From assembly GCA_963845755.1 (NCBI GenBank), contig CAWJTV010000025.1, positions 266,745-330,744 of the forward strand: a stretch of 64,000 bases of DNA, given 5' to 3'. This DNA is from an uncultured Planctomycetota bacterium (lineage in GTDB: Bacteria; Planctomycetota; Planctomycetia; Isosphaerales; Isosphaeraceae). The translations under genes and the position numbers were made by a program. Below are positions 1 to 10,021 of this stretch, one piece after another. Positions within the stretch are counted from its first letter, which is position 1, and every line of letters begins with the position of its first letter. The notes under the pieces are model-generated. The model was not told the DNA's origin. It worked only from the letters and a program-made list of their open reading frames with translations, and did not search any database.

Positions 1-339
1 CTCACGATCTCCCAGTTATCCGTGGGACCCCTCTCGACCGCGGGGACCCTCAGCCCATCTCCGACACCGACGCCCACACCGACACCGACGCCCACACCGA
101 CGCCCACACCGACGCCCACACCGACGCCCACACCGACGCCGAGCAGCACGGTCGCTCAGGTGCCGCTCGCGTACTCCTCGACGATTGCCACGGCCACGGC
201 TACGGCCGCGGCGCAGGCCCAGGTCCCCTCCCACGCCGAGAAGCGCGTGTTGGTAAGGAAGGCGGCGGTGAAACCGAAAAAGAAGGCTACGAACGTGTTC
301 GACCAGATGTGGAATAGCATCAAGAAGTCGTTCTCGTGA
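1..339 (+). CDS. 3' end of a protein with a Pro-Thr linker and basic C-terminal tail (5' part outside window)
   Basis: Frame is open from base 1 (LTISQLSVGP...); contains a (PT)n run; stop at 337-339. Confidence 0.6.
   Translation, partial: LTISQLSVGPLSTAGTLSPSPTPTPTPTPTPTPTPTPTPTPTPTPTPSSTVAQVPLAYSSTIATATATAAAQAQVPSHAEKRVLVRKAAVKPKKKATNVFDQMWNSIKKSFS
59..141 (+). repeat. Coding tandem repeat (ccgacgcccaca-type units) encoding PTPTPT
   Basis: Directly visible 6/12-bp periodicity. Confidence 0.9.
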
Positions 340-600
340 ACGAGGACAAGTTCTTCACGACGCAGACCGTAACTCAAGCCGGCCGGCCCTGAACTCTCGG
401 GGTCGGCCGGTTCGCTTTGCGCGATGGCGGAACCCGACCGTTCCGGCATCGTTCGGAGGCACCGGTCAGGGAGGTCGTGCGGGCAGCAGGGCGGGAATCA
501 CGGATGCTCTGGGCGTCCGCGTGGGCCGGCCAGAAGTCGGTGCCGTACCTCCGGGCCGTCGGGATCCTCTGGAAGGTGAGTTGTCCGGGCCGTATGTTGT

Positions 601-795
601 TAGAGCGCCTCGCAGTTGGATTGCGCACGCCCCAGTGACGATGCGAATCCACCCCCCTGTATCCCCCTTTCGTAAGGGGGGAAAAGACAGGGGGCCGTTC
701 CGCCCCAATATCTCCCCCCTTAACGAAGGGGGGATACAGGGGGGTTCTTCGGGAGCGGACTTCGAGCGTGCGCCATCCAACGGTTAAGCGCTCTA
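601..795. mobile_element. MITE-like element copy 1 (TA-ended imperfect terminal inverted repeats; internal REP-like palindromes)
   Basis: Left end TAGAGCGCCTCGCAGTTGGATTGCGCACGC matches the reverse complement of the right end, TAGAGCGCTTAACCGTTGGATGGCGCACGC; internal CCCCCTT(T)CGTAAGGGGGG hairpins; homolog at 18060-18249. Confidence 0.7.
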
Positions 796-851
796 GCAAT
801 CCATGCGCTTTGTCTCCCGACCTTCAACGGATCCGACCAGGAGAGAGCACC

Positions 852-1745
852 ATGACCCCGATCGCGCGAAGAGCCTTCCTCAGCACGGCGGGCGCGACGC
901 TCGCCGCCGCGGCGGTCTTGCCGGCGGCGGAAACAACGCCCGCGCCCGATGACGAGCCGGCCAAGAACCACTGGAAGAAAGCCTTCATGCTGGGCGGCGT
1001 GACCAAGGGTTCTCCCTTGCCCGCATTCCAGCTCTTGAAAGCCGCAGGATTCGAGGGGGTCGAGCTCATCAGCCCCAATCAGCTCGATCGCCGCGAGGTC
1101 TTGAGCGCACGCGACGAAACGGGCCTGGTCATTCATGGCGTCAGCGGGGCGCGTCACTGGCAGGACCCGCTCTCCGACCCCGATCCTCGGGTCGTCGAGC
1201 GCGGGATGGCCGCCATCCGCCAGGAATTCGAAGATTGCAAGGCCTACGGCGGGACCACCGTGCTGGTCGTCCCGGCCGTCGTGAACAAGAAAGTTGGCTA
1301 CCGCGACGCCTACAAGCGGTCCCAGGAAAACATCCGCAAGCTGATCCCCGACGCCGAGAAACATGGGGTCAAGATCGCCATCGAGGAGGTCTGGAACAAG
1401 TTCCTGCTCAGCCCGATCGAGTTCGCCCGTTACATCGATGAATTCGAGAGTCCGTGGGTCGGAGCGTACTTCGATGTGGGCAACGTGGTCGAGTTCGCCT
1501 ATCCGGAAGAGTGGATTCGCGAGCTGGGCAAGCGGATCCTCAAGATCCACATCAAGGAGTACGCCAAACGCAATCGGTTCAACTACCGACTGGGTGAAGG
1601 GAGGGAGATCGACTGGGCGGCCGTCCGCAATGCCCTGATCGCCGTTGGCTACGATGGCTGGATCACCGCCGAAGTCCCTTTCGGCGATCTTGAGGCCATG
1701 AAAGACGTGGTCGTTCGCATGAACCGGTTGCTGGAATTGGGCTAG
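852..1745 (+). CDS. Tat-exported sugar phosphate isomerase/epimerase (xylose isomerase-like TIM barrel)
   Basis: ARRAFL twin-arginine signal; GFEGVEL, IAIEEVWN, FDVGN, IHIKE and GWITAEV motifs. Confidence 0.85.
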   Translation: MTPIARRAFLSTAGATLAAAAVLPAAETTPAPDDEPAKNHWKKAFMLGGVTKGSPLPAFQLLKAAGFEGVELISPNQLDRREVLSARDETGLVIHGVSGARHWQDPLSDPDPRVVERGMAAIRQEFEDCKAYGGTTVLVVPAVVNKKVGYRDAYKRSQENIRKLIPDAEKHGVKIAIEEVWNKFLLSPIEFARYIDEFESPWVGAYFDVGNVVEFAYPEEWIRELGKRILKIHIKEYAKRNRFNYRLGEGREIDWAAVRNALIAVGYDGWITAEVPFGDLEAMKDVVVRMNRLLELG

Positions 1746-1853
1746 TGCAATCAATCCGGGTAGATCGTCGAAGAATCTTGCATTTGGCGCGGCCCTTTTC
1801 CACCATGATGAAATAGAGAAGAGCCAAAGAACCCTGGGAATCGGGCTGACCCA

Positions 1854-2861
1854 ATGCTCGAATGCGCGAATGACGCGATCTTGCTGGAACGCTTTGCCCG
1901 AGGCCGAGAAGAGGCCGCGTTCGTGGCGTTGGTCCAGCGCCATGGGCCCATGGTCCAGCGAATCTGCCGTCGCATCCTCCGCAATGAACAGGATGTCGAG
2001 GATGTCTTTCAGGCAACCTTCCTGATCCTGGCCCGGAAGGCGGCGGGGATCGCCTGGCAGGACTCGGCGAGTGGATGGCTGAGTGCGGTCGCCCGTCGAT
2101 TGGCGATGAATGTCCGATCAGGAGCCGCTCGGCAACGCAGGCAGGAAACCTCGATCACGGCCTTGGCGGGCGGTCCGGCGAACGGCCACGGGCACTTGCC
2201 GGAGAAGTTCCATCCCGTCGTCGATGCGTCCGCCGAGTTGGAGCGGCGCGATCTGCGGCGGATCCTGGACGACGAATTGCGGCACCTGCCCGAAAAATAC
2301 CGGGTACCGGTGATCCTGTGCTACCTGGAAGGCCGGACACACGAGGAGGCCGCACGGCAACTCGGCTGGCCGGCCGGCTCGATGTCGCGGAGACTGGATC
2401 GGGCGCGGCAGATGCTGCGTCGGCGACTGGCTCATCGCGGTCTGGCCATCGCGGCCATTGGCCTGGTCTCGGCCGCGTTCTTCGCGGTCAGCATCGGACG
2501 AGTACCCGACCCATCGTCCGGCGCCGCGGTGGTCCAGAAGGCGATGGCGCCGTTCCGGGCGACTTCAGAAGGAGGCCAGGGCTTCGGTTCCCTGCTCTCC
2601 GTACTCGCCCAATCCGCAAACGCGCCGCGCGAACCTGGGCCTATCCTGCGGCTCGCGCGTCAGGCCGCCCAGACGGCCCAGGTTATCAAGGAACACGATC
2701 CGGGGGCCCTGAGCGCCGCGTGGCAGCAGTATGCGACCGAGATGGAACGCTCGGCCACGGACCTGCACCAGGCTGCTCAGGATGGAGACCGACTCTTACT
2801 CGTCGCCGCCGCACGCCGGCTCGACGCGAGTTGCCTCCATTGCCATGAGGTTTTCCGATAA
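1854..2861 (+). CDS. ECF sigma-70 factor with TM helix and C-terminal cytochrome c'-like domain (CxxCH)
   Basis: sigma2 (AFVALVQRHGPMV...DVEDVFQATFLILARKA), sigma4 (LPEKYRVPVILCYLEGRTHEEAA), hydrophobic segment LAIAAIGLVSAAFFAVSI, terminal ASCLHCHEVFR. Confidence 0.85.
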   Translation: MLECANDAILLERFARGREEAAFVALVQRHGPMVQRICRRILRNEQDVEDVFQATFLILARKAAGIAWQDSASGWLSAVARRLAMNVRSGAARQRRQETSITALAGGPANGHGHLPEKFHPVVDASAELERRDLRRILDDELRHLPEKYRVPVILCYLEGRTHEEAARQLGWPAGSMSRRLDRARQMLRRRLAHRGLAIAAIGLVSAAFFAVSIGRVPDPSSGAAVVQKAMAPFRATSEGGQGFGSLLSVLAQSANAPREPGPILRLARQAAQTAQVIKEHDPGALSAAWQQYATEMERSATDLHQAAQDGDRLLLVAAARRLDASCLHCHEVFR

Positions 2862-3577
2862 TTCATGAAACCATGGCTGAAGGAATCGCGCCGCCCACCC
2901 AACCGACAACATGGTTCGCTCGAGCGCTAAACCGTTCAGTCGAGCATCCCCCAGGGCGACGCGAAGACCCTGCTAAACACCAGGCTGAAAATAATTTGGG
3001 ATTTTTTATCTGCCGCTGGGGCTGAGAGTTGGGGCGGCTCCCGGCCGAAATCCCCGCTAGGTGCATTCACGGTTTTCTAAAGTTGCGGCATCCTGAGAGT
3101 ATGGCCCACGTGCGATCACTGCCGAGACGGACGCCCGGACTGCGCCTCCCGGTCCAGGTTGTCGTCGTAACCGAATATCTGCCAAGGAGATCGGGGAGGG
3201 CGATCCGGGAAAAAGATGTCCCATTGTGCCACGTGATGACACCCGCATCGGTCGGTGAGTCCCGGAGGGGACCTGCGGTCGGCCGGGTGGCCAGGTCGGG
3301 AGACCGTGCCCCAGCGCGGGGCGCGGGCCATTCAAGTGTGAGGCGCTCTCGTCGGCATCGAACTTCGGGTTCGAACGATTGCGTGGTGCGAATCGTAAGA
3401 TGGACGGGGGCGCTTTGCGCCTGGACGTCGGGGAGGTTGGGGACCACGAAGAGTCTGGTCCGCGGACTAGCGTACGACTAGAATGGTTGAGATGACCGAC
3501 TCGACGCGACGTGGATCGAATCTCCCCGCCCCCGGTCCCTCCCTCGAAACCCTCACCTCCGGGCAGGTGCGAACGAT

Positions 3578-5768
3578 ATGGCGACGGCCACCAAGAAGTT
3601 TCCTCCGGCATCGACTCCTCCACCGCAGCGTGCGGCGCGTACGCCGAAGCCGTCCCTGGTGGACCGATTCGTCAATGGGGTTGATGCGGTCTATCGGTTT
3701 CTCGCGTCGCTGAAACTGGCGGTGATCTCGCTGGGGACCCTGGCCGCGACGCTGGCCTACGCGACATTCTTCGACTCGTGGTACGGGACCGCGGCCGTGC
3801 GGGAGTATATCTACCGCGCACCCGGCTTTGCGATCTTGCTGGCGTTCCTGGGGATGAACATCCTGTGCGCGGCCCTGATCCGGTACCCGTGGAAGAAGCG
3901 GCAGACCGGTTTTGTGGTGACGCACGCCGGGCTCCTCATCATGCTGGCCGGCTCGTACTACAGCGTCCGGACCGCCGACGAAGGACAGGTGGGCATGCTC
4001 GAAGGAGACCGCAAGGGCGAGCTGGTCCGCACCGACTATCCCGTGATCCGGGTCTGGGAGGTCAACCCGCACACCCAGCGTTACACGCGCGAGATCGACC
4101 TGCCGTTCCTGCCCGGCTCGTTCGCATGGGGGCCGGGCAAACCCCAGTCCCAAGGCGTCTTCGACCGGCTGGGCTCGACGCTCACCCTCGGTCTGGCCGG
4201 AACAACCCCGGTCACCGAGGAGGTCTTGAGCAAGCCGGGCGATCCGTTCCGGTTCGTGGTCAGGGAGCACCTGCCGTCATCGGCCCCCTCGAAGGAGCAC
4301 GTCGCGGACCCTGACGGCGCACCCATGGCCCGCATCCGCGTCCTGTTCAAGCCACCCGGGGGCGCCCAGGAGATGGACGCATTCCCCTCCGACGGCGCCC
4401 AATGGTTCGCGACCGAGAAGAAGTTCTACCGGGTCACACGCGCGCCCATGGCCGGTGCTCCCGCCTTGATCACGTTCTCGGCCGTGGATCGGCCCGAGCT
4501 GGTCGCGGACTTCCTCAAACCTCCGGCGACGACCGGCAAGGAAGGGGTCGCACGCTTCCGCTACCCCGATCAATCCGGCCGCACCCGCGTCTTCGACTGG
4601 GCGCTGGATGGGCAGCAAGGCAAGTCGGTCAGCCTGCCGGAGAGCGATCTCAATGTCACGATGACCGAGCTCCTCGCGCTCCAACCCCAGGAATTCCGGC
4701 TGAATCGCTACCTGGGCGAGGATCCGCTCCCGATCGCCAAGTTCGAGGTTCGGCACGGCGGCGGCGAGTTCGACCACCCACATGGCGATGGCGAACTTGC
4801 CGATGGTTCCTCCCGTCCTTCCCTCGCACGATCAGTCCGGTGCGGCCCCGAAGCCGCCGCTCGCGACGATCCATTACATGGTCAACCCGGTCATCGATCC
4901 CCAAACCAATGGCCGCTTCGGGCAGATCGACGTCCTGGCGGGTCCCGACGATTCGCTCTCATACCGCGTCTTCGGCCGGGGCAAGGACGGCCAGGGCGAG
5001 CTCCGTGCCGCCGGCGCGGTCACCAAGGGGACGCCGATCGTCGCCTTCGGTGGCAATCCCAACATGCCGATGACGATTCGCTTCGAGGTCGACGAGTACC
5101 TGCCCGCGGGGATCGCCAGGGACATCTTTGTCCCCGTCGAGCTCCCGAAGGGGAAAAAGGATGAAGGGATCGGCGCCTGCCGGGTCGAGATGACCGTGGG
5201 CAACGAGACCAAGGAGCTCTGGCTCGAACGTTCGCTCAACCTCGAACCGCCGTCGCCGCAGATCGTCACGTTTCGCGATGCGGCCTACGCGATCGCCTAC
5301 GATTGCGACCGCAAGCCACTTGGTTTCGAGCTGAAGCTCGACGATTTCGACGTCGGCTTCGAGCCGGGCACCGAGCAGCCGACCAAGTTCGTCAGCCATG
5401 TCCGGCTCACCGACAAGGCGGACGAGATCAAGGACGAGTCGCACACGATCTCGATGAACCATCCACTTTACCACAACGGATACACCTTCTACCAATCGCG
5501 ATACGTTCCGGACCTGGACGAACACAAACAACCCAATGGGCGCTTCCAGTCGATCTTCCAGGTGGCCATCAACCCCGGCCGCCCGATCATCTATGCCGGC
5601 TGCATGATGGTGGTCCTGGGCGCCTTCCTCCAGTTCTACATGAGGGCGGGGATCTTCACGGATGGCGGCAAGCGGGAACGCGAACGCGCCGCCGCCAAGG
5701 CGAGTGCCAATGCGACCAAGGCCAAGGGGAAGTTGCTCCAGCAAGCCGAACAGACCGAGCGCCTTTAG
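3578..5768 (+). CDS. resB: Cytochrome c biogenesis protein ResB/CcsB-like (one frame break near 4775)
   Basis: LASLKLAV, THAGLLIMLAG (conserved His), ISMNHPLYHNGYTFYQS, C-terminal TM; ORFs 3578 and 4782 join. Confidence 0.8.
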
Positions 5769-5823
5769 GTCAGGCTTTCCAGCCTGATGACCAAGACCTG
5801 TCAGGCCGGAAAGCCTGACCTAC
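5766..5823. repeat. REP-like hairpin, family TAGGTCAGGCTTTCC...GGAAAGCCTGACCTA
   Basis: Inverted repeat; second copy at 50360-50420. Confidence 0.85.
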
Positions 5824-5849
5824 CCGAGCGAGCCGCCGGAGACTTGAAC

Positions 5850-8589
5850 ATGAGACGTATTGCCAAACGACTCGCCGGTTTGATCCTGGCCGGCACGATG
5901 GTTGGTGGGCTTCCCGCGCGGGGCGACGAGGCTGTCAAACCGATGGGGGTCGGGAACAGCTACGACCAGATCGGCAAGGTCGCGGTCATGCACCAGGGGC
6001 GGGTCAAGCCGCTCGACACCGTGGCCCGCGAGGAAGTCAAGCAGGTCTACAGCCGTGAGACGATCTCGCTTCGCGACCCCCGCGAGGAGGTCGAGAAGCT
6101 GCTCGATCCCGAGTCCTTCCACAAGCCGGGGGGCACGCAGTGGACGGTCGAGAAATGGGGGCCGGTTGGCTCCTTCCTCGGCTGGACCGTGCGGCCCGAG
6201 TTCTGGGACGATCAGCCGTTCATCCTCGTCGATTACCTGCCGTTGCGGCGCCTGATCGTGGCCGGACCACTCGAGGCACGGCTCAAGGCGATCGCCGAGA
6301 AGCCGACGACCTCCGCCGAGGATAAGGCGGTGTTGCTGAAGCTCGCGGCCGATCGCGAGCCGACGGCCACCACCCTGATCGAGTTCGCCCGCGGTTCCAA
6401 GCTGCCGGTCGAGGATCGCCGCTTCATCGCCGAGCTCGCGGTCAAGCTGACCGAAGAGCACAAGTGGCTCACTCCGCGCGAGCTGGAAGAAGCGACGATC
6501 ACCGTCAAGGGCGAGCCCCAGCCGTTTCGGAGCTGGGTCATGGCCATGAGCGAGCAGCAGCGGAAGTTCCACAACGATCCGACCTCCGTCGAGCGTCCCA
6601 CCGAGATCGAGCGCCGCGCGGTCGAAGCGGCCCAACGGTTGATGACCTATCAGGCTTACAGCGAGGACCAGTTCCGGACCAACGGACTGATCCTGATCGT
6701 GCCCCGTCCGTCCGATGCGAAGTACCTGGCCTACACGGCCAGGACGGTCACCGAGGCGCGCAAGCCCGATGCGCACGTTCGACGATCTGCCGTTGATGAA
6801 GCTCGACGCCCTCAAGGCGATCGCCACCTACTGGAACTTCATCCCGCGCGAGGAGCACAAGACGCCGACGGAAGACAAGGAGGCCGACGAGAAATTCACG
6901 GCCTGGTTGCGGGAAAGCTCGACCTGGGTCCCACTCAAGGTACTCTTGAAGTCGAAGCCTGAAGAGCTGGTCGAGGCGGGCTACTCCGAGGGGCTGGTCC
7001 GATCGTTCCTGACCGCGTATCGCGATCTGGAGCAGGCCGAGACCCGCGCTCCCGGCCAGGTCTCCGAGGCGGTGGCGACCAGCTTCTTGACGGCCTCCCG
7101 ATCCCTGGGCGAGGCGGCCTCGACGGCCTATCCCACCATCCCGACGATCGAGCGCGAGACTTATTTCAACGCCACCAACCCGTTCTGGACGGCGCCGTTC
7201 GCCTATGGTGCCGCGGTGATGCTGCTGGTGGTGGGCCTGGCGTTCGCGTCCACGACATCCAAGGGATCGCTGGGCGGTCGCGTGGGCCTCGGCATTTATG
7301 GCCTGGGAATGCTCGGCCTGTTGAGCGGGATCGCCCTGGAGATCTGGGGCTTTTATTTCCGGGTGCGGATCACGGGCTGGGCACCGGTGACGAACATGTA
7401 TGAGACGGTCATCTGGGTCGCCCTGGTGGCCGCGGTCCTGTCGGTGGTCTTCGAGGCGATCTTCCGCCGAGTGTACTTCGCGCTGGCCGGCTCGGCCGTC
7501 GCGCTGCTGGGCACGCTCACGGCGGCGAACGTCCCGCTCCTGGACCCGAGCATCAAGAGCCTCCAGCCGGTGCTACGGAGCAACCTCTGGCTGACGATCC
7601 ACGTGCTGACCGAGGTCTCGAGCTACGCGGCGTTCGGGCTGGCCTGGATGCTGGGCCTGATCGCCACCGCCTTCTACTTGACGGCCACCTACCGACGGTC
7701 GCCGCGATTCGGCGAGCTGGCGCTGTTGCTGATCCCCGGCCTGCCGCTGGCGATCGTGGGCGGGGTTGGCGTCGCGGCCTCCTACGGGCTCTTCGGCCCG
7801 CAATGGGTGGTCCCCGACCTCCTGTTCTATGTCTTCGCGGTCATGGGTCTGCTGGGAGGCATGATCTCGCTGGCCGCCGTGTTGGCGCTGCTCGGTGAAG
7901 TCGTCGCCCGGCTCATGTTCCGCGACGAGGTCAACCGGACGGACGACACGGAGCCACCCGCCTGGGAGCCCGAGGACTTCGCGGGCGAGCCTTCGGCGCT
8001 CGGATCTTCCGACCATGAAGGCGGCGTGGCCACGATGGTCAAGCCGACGCTCGCCGCACTCCGGGCGCGGGCCACCACGACCAAGGTCCAGCTCGACGCG
8101 CGCGGGCTGGCCATGCAGCGCACGGCGGCGACGGTCAAGCCGCTGTCCAACTTCATTTACCGGACGATGCAGGTCGGGGTGCTCTTGATCGCGGCCGGGA
8201 CGATCCTGGGCGGCGTCTGGGCAGACTATTCCTGGGGCCGGTTCTGGGGGTGGGATGCCAAGGAAGTCTGGGCGCTGATCACCCTGCTCGTCTACCTGAT
8301 CCCGCTCCACGGCCGCTTCGCCGGCTGGGTCAATACCTTCGGTCTCGTATTCGCTTCGGTCTTCTGCTACCTCTCCGTGGTCATGGCCTGGTACGGCGTC
8401 AACTTCGTCCTGGGCGTGGGCTTGCACAGCTATGGCTTCGTCGAAGGCGGCTCGCAGGGTGCCATGAGCGTGATCCTCGCGGGCATCCTGGCATTCCCCG
8501 TCGGCGCCGCCTGGCGACGCCGGTTGGGATATCGCCCGATGTTCACGGAGCCCTCAACCGGCTCCGGCGAGCCTGAGACCCTGGGCTGA
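5850..8589 (+). CDS. ccsA: Cytochrome c biogenesis protein CcsA/ResC with large N-terminal periplasmic domain (frame break near 6770)
   Basis: GRVKPLDT, APVTNMYET, LQPVLRSNLWLTIHV, WWD motif GGVWADYSWGRFWGWDAKEVW, GLHSYG. Confidence 0.88.
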
Positions 8590-9099
8590 ATCGACCGAAC
8601 TTTCTCGATGAGCGATCTCCGTCCGACCCCTGGTTTGTGCACGCATCTTGAGGCAATCCGAGCGCGAAATCGCCCGGAGTCGTCCACCTGATAACCGGTG
8701 GGGCGGCCGAACCTTCAATTCATCGGCGTCAAGATTATGCATATGAGATGTCAATATTATTATTTATTTTATTAAAAATATAAAAATCAGTAGACAGATC
8801 TCGGCTGGAGGCGGGACGCCGAGATCCGGGCGGACGTTCCCCCTTGGGGTTTGTCACGGACGACAGACGTGGGGGGAATATCCACCGCGAGCGAGAAGTC
8901 GCTCGACTTTGATCCACCTGGACACCATTAACCTACTCCGTTACGCCCGGACCACGGACTCGAACTTCAACCTTCCCTCCCTTGAGCACCTCGACGAGCT
9001 TCTGATAGCGAGATGAGCGTGCAACCGGCCCGTCTCCTGGACTCGTCTACCAGGCGTCTATGAACATCTGAAAGGTTAGTTGAACCGACCGTCATTGGT

Positions 9100-9273
9100 G
9101 AGGTCGTACGTTAACTTTCGGGCAGGTCAGGAAGAAGGCCGTCATGGCAAAGGGTTTGGAACGGTCGTAGCCTTTGGCGAATTCGTCCTGGAGTCGCCGG
9201 GAGAGCTCCTCGATGACGCGCTTGCCGTGTTCGGATCGTTCCTGCCCGGCCTGTTCTTCCTCAACGATGATTT
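9100..9273 (-). pseudogene. Remnant of YhcG/DUF1016 N-terminal domain
   Basis: IIVEEEQAGQERSEHGKRVIEELSRRLQDEFAKGYDRS..F.M..FFL resembles the DUF1016_N consensus; no proper start and no C-terminal domain. Confidence 0.6.
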
Positions 9274-9394
9274 TGACCCGGGGTCCAACTTGACCTGGGG
9301 TCCAACTTGGGTTTTCCTGTCCAGAATCGGCGTCGGAGCGCAGTCTAATCCCTAGATCGATTCGAACGGCGCAGTTTGCCTTTCGGGGGATGGC

Positions 9395-10021
9395 ATGGAT
9401 CAGGGTCGGGTTGAGGAAACCGGGACCGATCGCGTCCAATGGGGCCAGTTCCTCTCGGCCCATCGCGACCGCCTTCGGCGGATGGTGGCTCTGCGGCTGG
9501 ATCAGCGTTTGCGCGGTCGGATCGACCCCTCGGACGTGATCCAGGAGGCGTTCGTGGAGGCTATCGAGCGACAGTCCGAGTATGAGCGCCAGCCGGATGC
9601 CATGCCGCCGTTCTTATGGCTGAGATTCCTGACGCTCCAGCGGTTGCAGCTCTTGCATCGCCGACAGCTCGGGACTCAGGCCCGGGACGCCAGCCGCGAG
9701 GTGTCGATCCACGGCGGAGCCTTCCCGGCGGCGAGTTCGGCCGCACTGGCGGCGCGGCTGCTGGGCCACGACACCCGCCCCAGCGAGGCGGCCATCCGCG
9801 TCGAGCGCACTCAGCGGCTCCAGAAGGCCCTCGATGAGATGGACGCGATCGACCGGGAGGTGCTAGTGCTGCGGCACTTCGAGCAGCTCGGCAACGGCGA
9901 GTGCGCGCGGGTGCTAGAATTGAGCGAGTCGGCGGCGAACAAGCGCTACATCAGGGCCTTGAGACGGCTCAAGGCGATGCTCGCGGCCCTGCCGGGCGGA
10001 GAGAAGGAGGTCTGGCCATGA
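9395..10021 (+). CDS. ECF sigma factor of the planctomycete kinase-associated type
   Basis: HRDRLRRMVALRLDQRLRGRIDPSDVIQE, DREVLVLRHFEQL; ATGA overlap with the kinase. Confidence 0.88.
   Translation: MDQGRVEETGTDRVQWGQFLSAHRDRLRRMVALRLDQRLRGRIDPSDVIQEAFVEAIERQSEYERQPDAMPPFLWLRFLTLQRLQLLHRRQLGTQARDASREVSIHGGAFPAASSAALAARLLGHDTRPSEAAIRVERTQRLQKALDEMDAIDREVLVLRHFEQLGNGECARVLELSESAANKRYIRALRRLKAMLAALPGGEKEVWP

Noticed and set aside
59..141. Short repeats as iterons or CRISPR
   Set aside because: They encode a Pro-Thr linker in an open frame
8935..9015. Minus-strand peptide RYQKLVEVLKGGKVEVRV, reminiscent of PLD-helicase defence proteins
   Set aside because: Too short to support without a database search
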